Of a DNA stretch of 64,000 nt, positions 1-18,271 are shown piece after piece. Source of the stretch: the human T2T-CHM13v2.0 reference genome, Homo sapiens; assembly GCF_009914755.1 (NCBI RefSeq), contig NC_060932.1; one strand, given 5' to 3'. A program made the translations under genes and the position numbers. How positions within the stretch are numbered: the stretch's first letter is position 1; each line of letters starts with the position of its first letter. A model generated the notes under the pieces. That model searched no databases. It was not told the origin of the DNA and saw nothing but the letters and a program-made list of their open reading frames with translations.

Positions 1-362
1 ACATATACACCATGGAATACTATGCAGCCATAAAAAAGGATGAGTTCATGTCCTTTGTAGGGACATGGATGCAGCTGGAAACAATCATTCTGAGCAAACC
101 GTCACAAGGATAGAAAACCAAACACCGCATGATCTCACTCATAGGTGGGAACTGAACAATGAGAACACTTGGACACAGGGCGGGGAACATCACACCCTGG
201 GTCCTATCATGATGTGGGGGGCAGGGGGAGGGATAGCATTAGGAGAAATACCTAATGTAAATGATCAGTTAATGGGTGCAGCAAAACAACATGGCACATG
301 TATACCTACGTAACAAAACTGCACGTTGTGCACATGTACCCTAGAACTTAAAGTATAACTTA
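1..362 (+). mobile_element. L1PA 3' end (ORF2 tail and 3'UTR), runs off the window start
   Basis: Matches L1PA 3' consensus through ccctagaacttaaagtataa; poly(A) tail essentially absent. Confidence 0.9.
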
Positions 363-1122
363 AGAAATCCATAAATTTTGGAATGCCTTGGACACAACAG
401 CAACAAGAATCTATAAATATTATGCTTGCTAATAGTATAATGTATAATTTAACCCTTTTAACCTTTACTTCAATTCCTTAAAGTCTTTAAAATCTCAGTT
501 GGCATCAAAAGTATTACTGAGAAAATTCTTTTGTGCTTTACCGCAAATTTATCTGAAATGCATTCTTTTCTTCTTATACATTGAATACTCTCGGAGTTCG
601 TTGTTTTGGAATTATATGTGATTATAAGATATTTCCTGTTTTTTCCTCCCATGCTCCCATTGTTTTCCCATGACACTTTTAGATATTTATCATGTTGGCT
701 AGATTTCGCCTTTTACTTTTGCATATGTTTGGAATATGCTATTTTATATTATGTAGCTCTTACGTGTATTATTTATTTTCCGAAATATTTGTATTTTTCT
801 TCTCCCTTGAGCCTCTTTATCTTCTTCAGCCCATTTTCTTACAGATACTTCCTTTCCTTTCCTTTCTTTTCTTAACCCTTTAGTCTTTCATTAGAACTGT
901 TAAGGAATAACAGAAGAAATACCTTGTCTTCTTTCCAGTACTTTTGCCAAGCATAAATTTTGTGCTTTTTTCTTCCCTAGCTGTTTTATAGATTTTCTTA
1001 TAATTCAGACATATTTGTGGTCTGAACTTTTTGCCTTTTATAATGAAATCACTAGGTTACAAAGCATTTATAAGTTGTGTAGTTTATTCTGTAAATTTTT
1101 AATAAAGACAGATGATTTAGAG

Positions 1123-1690
1123 TAGGGGTAATCAAACTATGCCCCATGGGCTCACTGCCTGTTTTTGTAAATACAAGTTTTTTGGAACACATCCACTCTT
1201 ACTTGTATAAATATTGTGTTTGGTTGCTTTCATGCTCCAATGGCAGAATTGAGAAGTTGCACATATTAGGCCGTTTTCACACTGCTATAGAGAACTACCT
1301 CAGACTGGGTAATTTATAAAGAAAAGGTTTAATTGACTCACAGTTCTGCATTGCTGGGGAGGCCTCAGAAAACTTACAATTATGGCAGAAGGCGAAGGGA
1401 AAGCAGGGCACATCTTAGGTGGCAGCAGGGGTGGGGGGAATGCCACACTTTAAAGGCCATTAAATCTCATGAGAACTCACTCACTATCACGAGAACAGCA
1501 TGGGGGAAACCATCCCTGTGATCCAGTCACCTCCCACCAGGTCCCTCATTTGATTTGTGGGAACTACAATTCTAGATGAAATTTGGGTTGGTACACAGAG
1601 CCAAACCATATTATTTTGATAAAGCCTAAATGGCTTGCAAGCCTAAAATATTTATTGTCTGGCCCTTTACAGAAAGTTTGCCTACTCTTA
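1123..1690 (+). mobile_element. MER58A-like hAT/Charlie MITE, split by a MaLR LTR
   Basis: ggggtaatcaaactatgccc...gcctgtttttgtaaat...ggcagaattgag, resuming as gcctaaaatatttattgtctggccctttacagaaagtttgcc. Confidence 0.75.
1262..1613 (-). mobile_element. THE1/MSTA-type MaLR solo LTR
   Basis: gactgggtaatttataaagaaaaggtttaattgactcacagtt...gagaactcactcactatcacgagaacagcatgggggaaacc...ccaaaccatatta. Confidence 0.85.
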
Positions 1691-1867
1691 TTTTAAAGTA
1701 TATGATCATTTAAAAGTGACATTTAATTCTATTAAAAGTAAAAGCATAAAATAATTTAAAAATTATATATATTTTTCTAGATTGTTATAGGAATTTGCAT
1801 GTTGGTAATTGCTAAAATTTGATAACATAATACCTACATAATTTGAGCCCTTAAATAAATGGAGTCA

Positions 1868-2155
1868 GGCTGGGTATGGTGGCTCACTCCTGTAATCCCT
1901 GCACATTGGGAGCCTGAGGTGGGCGGATTGCCTGAGCCCAGGAGTTAGAAACCTGCTGGGGCAACATGGTCAAACCCCATCTCTACAAAACAGTACAAAA
2001 ATTAGCTGGACTTGGTGGCACAAGCCTTTAGTCCTAGCTACTCTGAAGGCTGAGGCAGGCAGATGGATTGAGCCAGGAAGGTTGATACTGCTGTGAGCTG
2101 TGATCACACCACTGCCAGCCTGGGTGACAGAACAAGAGCATGTCTCAAAAGAAAA
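1868..2155 (+). mobile_element. Alu (AluJ-like)
   Basis: Dimeric Alu; TSD-like ggagtca on both sides. Confidence 0.9.
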
Positions 2156-2634
2156 GGAGTCATTTTGTGATTGAGAGACAAAAGAACAAGTTAATAATGA
2201 CGTTTGTCAATTATTAGAGTATGTAGTTATCTAATAAGTTATTAGGGTGTGTGTATATATATGTGCACATACATTTTCTAATAATTTGTGTATGTATGCA
2301 TCTGTATACACAGATATTTACATGTCTAGATTTCACAGTAGGTTGATCTGAGAATGACAGCATGATCTACTATTACTGAGTAAATTATCATTACCATTCA
2401 GGGTTATGATTCTTGGAAATTATATTCAGAATGGCCTAAGAGAGGTTGTTATATTCAGTGTGTTGAACTTGAGAAGGAAATTGGAAGAGTATTGGCAGAA
2501 AACTTTAGAGCGCATATAGTTTACTTTTAAAAATTCTAAATACATTTGAAAAAAATTCTCTTGCTCCTTTTTCCATGAATTTTTAATTGTTTTAATTAAA
2601 TTTTTGAAAAAAGTTTTAAAGTTTTTAAAAACAA

Positions 2635-2930
2635 TTTTAGACAAGATCTTGCTCTGTCCACTCAGGCAGGAGTGTGGTGGCACAGTCACAGATCTCTGCA
2701 GCCTCAAACTGCTGGGCTCAAGTGATTCCCCCCGCCACGGCATCCCAAGTAGCTAGGGCTATAGACATGCACCACCATGCCCAGCTGATTTTTTTAATTT
2801 TTAATTTTTTGGTAGAGACTAATTCTCATTGGGTTCCCTAGGCTTGTCTTGAAATCCTGGGCTTAAGCAGTCCTCCTGCCTTAGCCTCCCAAAGTGCTGG
2901 GATTACAGACGTCAGCCAAAGCACCTGGCC
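2635..2930 (-). mobile_element. Alu (AluJ-like)
   Basis: Antisense dimeric Alu; ccatgaa-tttt repeated on both flanks. Confidence 0.9.
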
Positions 2931-3489
2931 CCATGAAATTTTTTTTAGTTCTTCGATTATCTTAAAATATGTGATCTGTTATATCCTGTTAGTAGGTTAT
3001 TAACATCCTAAAGTACTAAGAAATTTTCTATCCAGTCAGTTAAATATTTTGAAGTGTTTTGGAATGGATGCATGAAATTTTTCTGTGAAAACTTTAATTC
3101 TTTCTTTGTATTATAGTACATACTTTGGGAATTATATCCTGAGTTTTCTAGAACAGTTCCAATTTCATACTTATTGAAATTAACTACAACTGCTTGAGAT
3201 TAAGTATTTGACTGCTTATGGCTGCCATGAAAGTAATGCTTGTTGCAAAATAATTCAAATGGTACAGAAGTAAATAAGTAGTAAAAGTTAATTTTTTTCT
3301 CTTTGTTTTTTGTTTTTCTGATACTCCCCTTCAGAGACATATATTATCTATAGGTTTCCTCTCCACTGTCTACATTACCTTCTTTTCTCGAATTTTATTT
3401 CTTAGTTTTCTCATTCTGCATACTGTATTTATTGTTCAAACTGTTACGTCATTGAGTATTATTTCGAGATCTTGTGGCTGTGCTTCAGT

Positions 3490-5310
3490 CTTCCATTATT
3501 CTTTTTTCTTTTGTCTCCTGTATGTATTTTCAAATAGCCTGTTTTCAGTCTCACTAATTCTTTCTTCTGCTTGATTAATTTTGCCATTGAGAGGTTCTGA
3601 TGCATTCTTCAGTATGTCAATTGAATTTTTCAGCTCCAGAATTTCTGCTTGATTTCCAAAAATTATTTTAATCTTTGTTAAATTTATCTGATAGGATTCT
3701 GACTTCCTTCTCTCTGTTATCTTGAAGTTCGTTGAGCTTAAAAATAAGTATTTTAGGTTCTCTGTCTGAAAGGTCTCATATCTCTGTCTCTTCAGGATTG
3801 GTCATTGGTGCTTCATTTGGTTTGTTTGGTGAGGTCATGTTTTGCTGTATGGCCTTGATGCCTGTGGATGTTTGTTGGTTTTTGGGCATTGAAGAGTTAG
3901 GTGTTTATTGTAGTTTTCACAGTCTGGGCTTGTTTGTATCCGTCCTTCTTGGGAAGACTTTCCAAGTGTCTAAAGGGAAGTGAGTGTTGTGATCTAAGTC
4001 TTTGGTTGCTGCAGCTGTATCGCACTGGGGGCACCTGAAGCCTAGTAATGCTGTGACTCTTATAGACTTGCAGAAGTATTGCCTTTGTGGTCTTCAGTAA
4101 GGTCCAAGAGAATTTCCTGGATTACCAGGCAGAGAATACCCTGGATTACTGAGCTCCATGCTGAACTGCTTCAGGCGGGGAAAAAGGTGACACAAGCATC
4201 CATGTGGCCACCACCACTATGACTCGTTGGGTCAGACCTGAAGCCAGCATATCACTGGGTCTTGTCTAAGGCCTACAGTGACCACTGTGTGGCTACTGTT
4301 GTTGTTCATTTAAGGCACAGGCTCTTTTGGCAGCAAGTGGAAAATCCAGCCATGCTTGTGTCTTTCCCTTCAGAGTGGCAAGTTCTCCTGTAGCCCAGGG
4401 TGGGTCTAGAAATGTCATCTAGGAGCCAGAGCCTAGAGTCTGGGAATCTTAGAAATCTGCTTGGTGTTCTGTTCTACTGCAGCTGAGCTGGCACCCAAGC
4501 CACAAGACAAAGTTCTTCCCACTGTTTCCTCTCCTTTTCAGAAGCAGGAGACTCTCATTGTGGCCATCATCACCCCAGGTCTGCAGTGAATACTGCATGG
4601 CTACCAGTGATGTTCATTCAGGGGCCAAAGGTTTGTCAGTCAGCTTGTGGTGATTGCTTCCAGGCCTGGGTCTGTCCCTTTAGGGCAGTGGGCTCCCCTC
4701 TGGCCCAGGACAGACCCAGAAATGCCATCCAGAAGCCAGGGTCTGGAACTGGGGACCCTAGCAGCCTTCTTGGTGCTCTGCGATTTTGTGGTTGAGCTGG
4801 TGTACCCAGGCAGCAAGACAAAGTCCCCTTTATCCTTCCTCTCCTTCCATCAAGCAGGAGGAGCCTCTCCTTGTGGCCACCACAGCTGGGAATACGCTGG
4901 GTCACACCTGATGCCAGCACAGCACTGGGTCTCACCCCTAGACCCACGGTGAGTACTACCTGATTACTGCTGGTGTTTATCCACTGCCCAAGGGCTCCTT
5001 AGTCAGCGCGTTATGAATCCTGCCAAGACTGGTTCCTTCCCTTAAAGGTAGTGGGTTTTCTTCTGGCCCAGGATGGTCTAGCAATGTTATCTGGCAGCTA
5101 GGGCCTGGAATGGAGGCCTCGAACTCTTCCTGATGCCCTATGCTACTGTGGTTGAGGGCATCCAAGTTGCATGACAAAGAGCTCTTTAGTTTTCCCTCTC
5201 CTCTCCCACTCCTCAAGCTTAAGGCAGGAATGTCTCCTGGGAGCTTGTTTGGCAGGTGGAGCCAGGGGTGCGGGGCCGAGGTGGTATAGGCACTCCCCTG
5301 GCTGGGTGGT
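3490..5310 (-). mobile_element. Old L1 (L1M/L1MA-type) ORF1 and 5' region with internal ~310-350 bp repeated units
   Basis: Antisense L1 ORF1-like sequence (attctttcttctgcttgatt...ttcagctccagaatttctg), then recurring caagacaaagt...cctctcc...aagcaggag blocks. Confidence 0.65.
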
Positions 5311-6454
5311 TTAACATAATACCATTCGTGTATTTCTGTTTTTATTGTTTGGGGTTTTGAGGTCATAACCGTAAAATCTTTGCCTAGATGAGTGTTCTGA
5401 GGTGTTTCTCCTGTTTTCTTTTAGTTTTAATAGTTTTATAGTTTCAGGTCTTAAGGTTAAGTCTTTAATCCATTTTGAGTTGATTTTTGTATGAGTTGGG
5501 AGATAGGGTTCCAGTTTCATTGTTGTGCATGTGGATATTCAGTTTCACTGCACCATTTATTTTAGAAGATGTCCTTTCCCCAGTGTGTGTTCTTGGTTCC
5601 TTTGTCAAAAATCAGGTGGCTGTAAATACATGGATTTATTTCTGGGTTCTCTTTTCTGTTTCATTGGCCTGTATGTCTGTTTTTATACCAATATTGTGCT
5701 ATTTTGGTAATGATAGCTTTGTAGTATATTTCAAAGACAGTGTGATGCCTGTAGGTTTGTTCTTTTTGCTCAGGGTACCCAGGCAGCAAGACAAAGTCCT
5801 CTTTACCCTTCCTCTCCTTCTGTCAAGCAGGAGGAGCCTCTCCCTGTGGCCATCACAGCTGGGAATGCTCTGGGTCACACCTGATGCTAGCACAGCACTG
5901 GGTCTCACCCAGTGCTTTGGCTATTCAGAGTCTTTTGTAGTTCCAGATTAATTTTAGGGCTGTCTTTTCTATTTCAATGAAGAATGTCACTGGTATTTCA
6001 ATAGGGATTGCATTGAACCTGTAGATTGCTTTGGGCAGTATGGCCATTTTTAACAATATTAATTCCTCTAATCTATGAACATAGGATGTCTTTTCATTTG
6101 TATCCTTTTCTGTTTCTTTAATGAGTGTTTCGTAGTTTTTATTGTAGAGTTATTTTTTACCTTTTCTGTTAAATTTATTCTTAGATATTTAATTTTTTTG
6201 TAGCTATTGTAAATGGCATTGCTTTCTTGAGTTCTTTTTCTGACCATTTTTGGTGTGTGGAGATACTGCTGATTTTTCTATGTTGATTTTGTATCCTGCA
6301 CTGAATTTATCAGATTTAAGAGCTTTCTGGCAGTCTAGGTTTTTCTGTATATAAGATCATGTTGTCTGCAAAGCAGAGCAGTTTAACTTCCTCCTTTCCA
6401 TTTGGATTTTCTTTCCTTTTTTTTTTTTTTTTTTTTGGTGTGGAAACCCAGGAC

Positions 6455-6860
<406 letters not shown>

Positions 6861-7130
6861 TGAAAGCCTTTCAGTTTTTCTCATTTCAGTATGATAGTAG
6901 CTGTGGGTTTGTCATATATGGCCTTTATTATGTTGAGGTGTGTTCCTTCTATCCCTAATATGTTGGGAGGTTTTATCATGAAGGTATGTTGGATTTTATC
7001 AAATGCATTTTTAGCACCAATTAGATGATCATATGGTTTTTGTCTTGATTCTGTTAATGTGTTGTATCACGTTTATTGATTTGTGTATGTTGAATCGTCC
7101 TTTCATCCCTTAAGTAAATCCTACCTGATT

Positions 7131-7239
7131 AGGAGAATGGCGTGAAACCGGGAGGCAGAGCTTGCAGTGAGCCGAGATCGCACCACTGCACTCCAGCCTG
7201 GGTGAGACAGTGAGACTCCGTCTCAAAAAAAAAAAAAAA
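7131..7239 (+). mobile_element. 5'-truncated AluY
   Basis: AluY diagnostics gaatggcgtgaa and gagcttgcagtg; TSD aaat(c/t)ctacctgatta at 7116-7131 and 7237-7252. Confidence 0.9.
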
Positions 7240-7349
7240 TTCTACCTGATTATAGTATATTATGATGCTTATTTGTTGTTGGGTTCAGTTGGTTTGTATT
7301 TTGTTGAGAATTTTAAATCTATGTTCATCATGGATAATGGCTTGCAGGT

Positions 7350-7663
<314 letters not shown>

Positions 7664-7881
7664 TAATTGTTGTTGTGTCCTTGTCTGTTTTTGGTGTTAG
7701 AGTAATCCTGGCCTTGTAGAACGAGTTAGTAAGCTTCCCTTCTCATCATTTTTTTGGAATAGTTTAAGAATTGGTTCTTCCTTGTAAGCTTGATAAATTT
7801 AGCAGTAAAGCCATTTCATCCTGGGCTTTTCTTTTTAGGGAGAGTTTTTACTACTCATTGAATCTTGTTACACATTATTGA

Positions 7882-8285
7882 TGTGCTATACTATTCTTGC
7901 GATGTTATAAAGGAATACCTGAGACTAGGTAATTTATAATGAAAAGAGATTTAATTTGCTCACAGTTCTGCAGGCTGTATAGTCATGTAGCCGGCATCTG
8001 CCTAGCTTCTGGGGAGGTCTCAGGGAGCTTTTACTCATAGCAGAAGGTGAAGCAGGAACAGGCATGTCACATGGTGAGAGCAGGAGCAAGAGAGAGTGCT
8101 GGGGAGGTACCACACACTTTTAAAAACTCAGATCTTGCAAGAACTCACTATTGTAAGGATAATTCCAAGGGTACAGTTCCAAACCATTAATGGGCAGTTT
8201 TTCCCCATGATCCAGTCACCTCTCACCAGGCCTCACCTCCAACACTGGGGGTTACATTGAGGGGCCAAATTCCCAAGCTATATCA
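7882..8285 (-). mobile_element. MSTA/MSTB MaLR solo LTR
   Basis: aggaatacctgagactaggtaattt...cacagttctgcaggctgta...ccatgatccagtcacctc...tatatca; 5-bp TSD attga/attgg. Confidence 0.85.
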
Positions 8286-9875
8286 ATTGGTCTGTTCAGG
8301 TTTTCTGTTTCTTTCTGGTTCAGTCTTAATAGGTTGTATGTGTTCAGGAATTTCATTTCCTTTAGGTTTTTAAGTTTGTTAGTATACGGTTGTTTATTAT
8401 AGTCTCTAGTGACCCTTTGTCATTTTGTAGTATCAGTTGTAATGTCGCCATTTTGTTTGTGATTTTGTTCATTTGGGTCTTTGCTCCTTTTAACATGGTT
8501 AGTCTAGCTAAAAGTTTGTTGATTTTATCTTTTCAAAAAGCTAACTTTTTGTTTCATTGATCATGTATATTGTTTAGTCTCTAGTTATTTCTGCTCTGAT
8601 CTTTATTGTTTCCTTGTGCTAGCTTTGTGTTGGTTTTTCCTCTTCTGGTTTCTTGAGAGTCATCATTAGGTGGTTTTTTTGAAATCTTTCTACTTTTTTG
8701 TTGTAGGCATTTATTGCTATAAACTTTCCTCTTAGTATCGCTTTTCTTGTATCTCATGAGTTTTCGTATGTTGTATTTCTATTTTTGTTTAATGAAATTT
8801 TTTAATGTTTTAAATTACTTTATTAATGGAGTCATTGATCATTCAGGAGCATGTTGTTTGATTTGTCTCTATTTGTACAGTTTCCAATGTTCCTCTTGTT
8901 ACTGATTTCCAGTTTTATTCTTGTGGTCTGAGAACATATTTGACATGATTTTGATTTTTAAAAATTTGCTGAGACTTACTTTGTGGCCTAATATATGATT
9001 TACACTGGAGAATGTTTTATGTGCTGATGAGTCGAATGTGTATTTTACAGCTGTTGGATGAAATGTTCTGTAAATATCTGTTAAGTCTGTTTGGCTTATA
9101 GTGCAGTTTACATCTGATTTTTTTGGTTGATTTTCCATGTGGATGATATGTCCCATGCTGAGAGTGGGGTATTCAAATGCCCCACTATTATTGTATTGGA
9201 GCTATCTCTCCCTTTAGATCTAATAATATCTGCTTTGTATATCTGAGCATTCTGGTATTAGGTGCATATATATTTAGAATTGTTATATCTTCTTGCTGAA
9301 TTGATCCTTTTATAATTAATGACTTTGTCTTTTTTTTTTTTTTTACAGTTTTTCATTTAAAGTCTGTTTTATCTCATCTAGGTGTAGCTACTTCTGTTTG
9401 CTTTTGTTTTTTGTTTATATGCAATATCTTTTTCCATTCCTGTACTTCTAGTCTATGTGTATTTACAGTTAAAGTGAGTTATTTATAGGCAGCATACAGT
9501 TTGGTCTTTTTCTTTTTAAAAATTCATTAAGCCAGTCTATATCTTTTATCAGGGGAATTTAATCTATTTACATTCAAGGTTATTATTTATAGGTGAGGAC
9601 TTATTTCTGTCATTTTATTGTTTTCTGGTTGTTTTATATATCCTTTGTTCCTTTTTCATTGTTTATTTTTGTGGTTTCGTGTTTTTCTGTATTTGTAATG
9701 TTTGGTTCCTTTCTCTTTCTCTTTTGTGTATCTGCTCTACCAGTGAGTTTTATACTTTCATGTGTTTTCATGATGGTGGATATTATTCTTTCACTTCTAG
9801 ATGTAGGACTCCCCTAAGCTTTTCTTTTAGGGTGGTTTAGTGGTAATGAATTCCCTCAGTTTTTCCTTCTCTTAG

Positions 9876-10259
<384 letters not shown>

Positions 10260-12448
10260 TGAATATATTATCTCATTCTCTCCTGGTCTTAAGGTTTCTG
10301 CTTAGAATTGTGATTTTAGTCTAGTGGGGATTTCTTTATATGTGTGTTGACACTTTTCTCTCGCTATTTTTAGAATTCTCTCTGTGTCGTTGATTTTGAT
10401 AGCTTGAGTATAATGTACCTTGGAGGACTTTTTCTGGTAGAATCCGTTTGGGGTTCTTGAGCTTCCTGTATTGAAATTTGTATGGCTCTTGCAGGAGTTG
10501 GAAGTTTTTAGCTATTATTTCATTAATTAGGTTTTCTATGCCTTTACCCATCTCATTTCCTTCTGGATTTTCTAAAATTTTCTGAATTTTCTAAAATCTA
10601 GTTAGATATTTAAAAAAGAAAAAAGTTATCTTAAAAGACTTGTCTTCAAGTTTAGAAATTCTTTCTGTTGCTTGATCTATTGTTGAAGTGCTCAGTTGTA
10701 TTTTTTATTTTATTCATTGAGTTTTTCAGTTATGGGATTTTGTTTGGTTGTTTTTTTAATGACATCTATCTCTTTTGAATTTCTGATTCATGAATTTTTT
10801 TTTATAACCTTGTATTATTTATGTGTTTTCTCCTGTTTCTCACTGAGGCTCTTCGTTATCATTTCAAATTCTTTTTCCTTTTTCTTTGGATCTGTTACTA
10901 GAGAATTAGTGTGTTGCTTTGGAGGTGTCATGTTTCCTTGCTTTTTTATGTTTCTTGTGTCTTTATGTTGATATTTGTGCATCTAGTGTACCGTTCACTT
11001 CTTCTAGTTTTGCGGATTGTCTTTTGTTGGGAAAGACTTTTTTTCTTATAGATGCATCTATTATGTTGCTTTTGTAGGGTGCTTTGTCTTTGATTCTTGG
11101 TGGGTGAAGTAGTATAGTCTGCATGATTTCTTTGGCTGGAATCAGGATTAGTCTTGTCTGTGATTTCCCCAGTGGCTTAGGCTGTGGTTCTTAGGTAAAG
11201 GCTTTGGTGTGGCTTTTTCTTGGGAGGAGGAAGACAGGCAGACTAGTTCTCAGGCACCACTGGTGGCAGTGATGGGCTGCGCATGACAGTCCTTGGTGCC
11301 CTGTGTGGCATATGCAGGTGATTGTGGTGATGGGTCTAGATGGGCCAAACTTTGGTTGTCCAGGCAGCTTTTCTGGGTGCCAGAGGTAGAAGTGGTATGG
11401 TGAGTCTGGTGGGTCCTCAGAGTCTTGGGTAGTGTGATGGCATTGGTGGTAGCAATAGCGGTGGCAGGCCAACCATTGGGTCTCCAGTGGCAGGCCAGCA
11501 GTGGTGTTGGGCTGGGTGTGCCGGTCCCCAGTCCCCTAGGTGGTATGCATAGGTGAGTGCTGGTGATAGTGGCAAACTGAGCAAGTTGGTATATAGGCCC
11601 CTGGGAGATGCATGCTGGTGCCAGCAGTGGCCATGGTGGGTGTCTGTCTAGGCCCGCAGATAGTGCACATGGTAAAGGTGGCTGTCTGGGCAGATTCATC
11701 CTCAGGCTGCTGGAAGGTGTGTATGGGTTCTGGCAGTGGCAGGCCGGTAGGATCAATCTCCAGGCTCCCAGATATCAGGTGCCAGATGTGGTGAGTCAGT
11801 CTCCAGGGCTCTGGAGAATGGGCGTAGGCAATGTTGGTGGGCACGGCTGGTCTGTCCCCACAGGTTGGATGGGTTGATCCCCAGGCCCCAGATGGTGTGT
11901 TTTGATGGCAGTAGCGGTGGGTTGGGTGTGCCTGTCCTTTGATTCCTGGATGGTGTGTGCAAGTGGTGGTGGCAGGTGGGGTGGTCTTGTTGTCAGGCCC
12001 CCATCATGGTGTGTCTGATTATCAATGACAGCAGGTTGGGGCAGATCAATTCCCAGGCCTCCAGATGACACCTGTGGCTGTGGTGGCAGTTTGGGTGGGC
12101 TAGTCCTGTCCTTACTCCCACCTCCCCAAAATTGAATGTGGTTGTGGTGGATGTGGACAGAGCAGGTTGATACCTAGGCCCTGGTTGGCATGCTATCCAT
12201 GTTGATATTTTACTCTAGTTTATAAATGTTAACTGCTGTATAGTATAGTGTTTAATGAATATTAAATAATGATCCTACTATGAATTTTTTTTATTTCTCC
12301 TTGTGTATAGATTTTAGAGTTCTAAAGTGGATTGTTGAGTTGAAGTTTATGTACATTGATTTTCCCCTTAATATAAAATTGTTTTTTTAGGTTACACTGT
12401 AAGAGAATTTCTGTTTGTCTATAGTGAAATCAATACTTGATAGTTTCA

Positions 12449-12656
<208 letters not shown>

Positions 12657-14395
12657 GTAGTTTTCATTTTAAAAAAATTGCCTGTTCAAGTTTTTTTAGT
12701 TTTCTTAATAATGTATCATATTATAATTAATAATGTGTAAATATATACTTGTGTATTATATTGTATATTATCTATATCATATAAATTATATATAACATTA
12801 ATGTTTCTTTTATTTTGTCTTTTTCTTACTGCAGGGGTCATTATTCAGAATACTTAATTTTGTTGCATGTTAGGTGTATTGCAAATATATTCTGTCACTC
12901 TTTGGATTTTCCTTTAACTTTCTTTAGTGTGTCTTTTGTGTAGAATAGCTTATTTTTGTCTTAATGAAGTTGGGTTTTTCTGGTTTTTGTATTTTTCTTG
13001 CTTTTGTATTTTTTGCTTTTTTGTTTCATGTGAAATTTTCAACTGACCTGTGGTCATAATAAAATTTCCTATGGTTTCTTGTAGTAATTTTAAACCTTTA
13101 TTTTTTAATTTATATCTTTTAATCAGTGGGGTTTGTTTTCCTGTATAGTGTAAGGTATGGCACTTTATATGTCTAACTGGTTCTTCCTGTACCATTTGAA
13201 TTGTTTCTCTTCCCCTCTGATTTATAATGCTACCTGTGTCATATTCCATGTATCCATATATATCACGATCTGTTTCTGGGCTCTCCTCTGTTCCATTGGC
13301 TTGTTTAAATTATTATGGTTCTAAAATAAATCATAATGTGGGGTGGAGGTAATTTCCCCACTTACTTTATATTTTGTGTTTGTTTGCATAGATATTATTC
13401 AAGTATCTCTGAGAATCCTAAACACAATTGTTGTAAGATTGTTTAAGGCTGTTCTAGAAGATTAATTTTATTGTGACTTAATTTTGTTGATTTCCTTAGC
13501 TGTCTTAGCATTAGATTTCTTCGTGTGCTTTAGAATGGTGGTTTGTAAGGTTATTTTTAACAGAAAGGTCATTATCTCTCTATTTCACCATCTTCTTCTT
13601 GTCTTACTCAAGCCCTTCCTCTGCTCATTGTTAGTGTTATAGTTACTTCCTCTGGTCTATGGTCTAGAATCCAGTTTTACCTTGACAGTTCAAGGCTCTT
13701 GCATTGCTGTATTGGGTGATAGCAAAGCATTGCTTATTTCGTTTTTCATGAGGTTTGTTTACTTCTGACACCCTTTATACATAACTTCATGTTAAATTCT
13801 AGGCAGTGGTTGGCAGTAAGTTTTTTCTGCCTCCTTCAAAATTGGGGATTCACTCTGTTACTGGTTTTAAGCGTTGAGCTTGGTAACAGTCTCCCATCCT
13901 TACATGACAATTTTCAGTTCTCTTTATTCTTCATCTGCCTCTGCCAGGTTTTACATCTTTTGCATGGCCACCTGTCTTTCTCAATCTGACTAAATGCTTT
14001 GAGTCTGGTTAAAATTTTTCTCTTTTTTATGTTATTGCTAGTATTTCTTGTCCTCCCCCATCCTCAATGTTTTTATCTAGTCAGCCTTTATCAGAAGTAT
14101 AAATCCTTTTTTCTTTTTATTGGAAATCTAAAAGCTTCAAAGATTACTTTTTTTATTATACTTTAAGTTTTAGGGTACACGTGCACAACGTGCAGGTTTG
14201 TTACATATGTATACATGTGCCATGTTGGTGTGCTGCACCCATTAACTCGTCATTTAACATTAGGTATATCTCCAAATGCTATCCCTCCCCCCTCCCCCAA
14301 CCCCACAACAGGCCCCCACCCCACAACAGGCCCCCACCCCACAACAGGCCCCGGTGTGTGATGTTCCGCGTCGTATGTCCATGTGTTCTCATTGT

Positions 14396-18212
<3,817 letters not shown>

Positions 18213-18271
18213 TATGATGTTAGCTGATTATTTTGTTAGTTGATGGATTTTCTTCCTAGCATCGATGGTGT

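Noticed and set aside
11191-12071. Cluster of overlapping 60-168 aa ORFs
   Set aside because: Explained by the GC-rich, stop-poor repeat composition; no recognisable protein.
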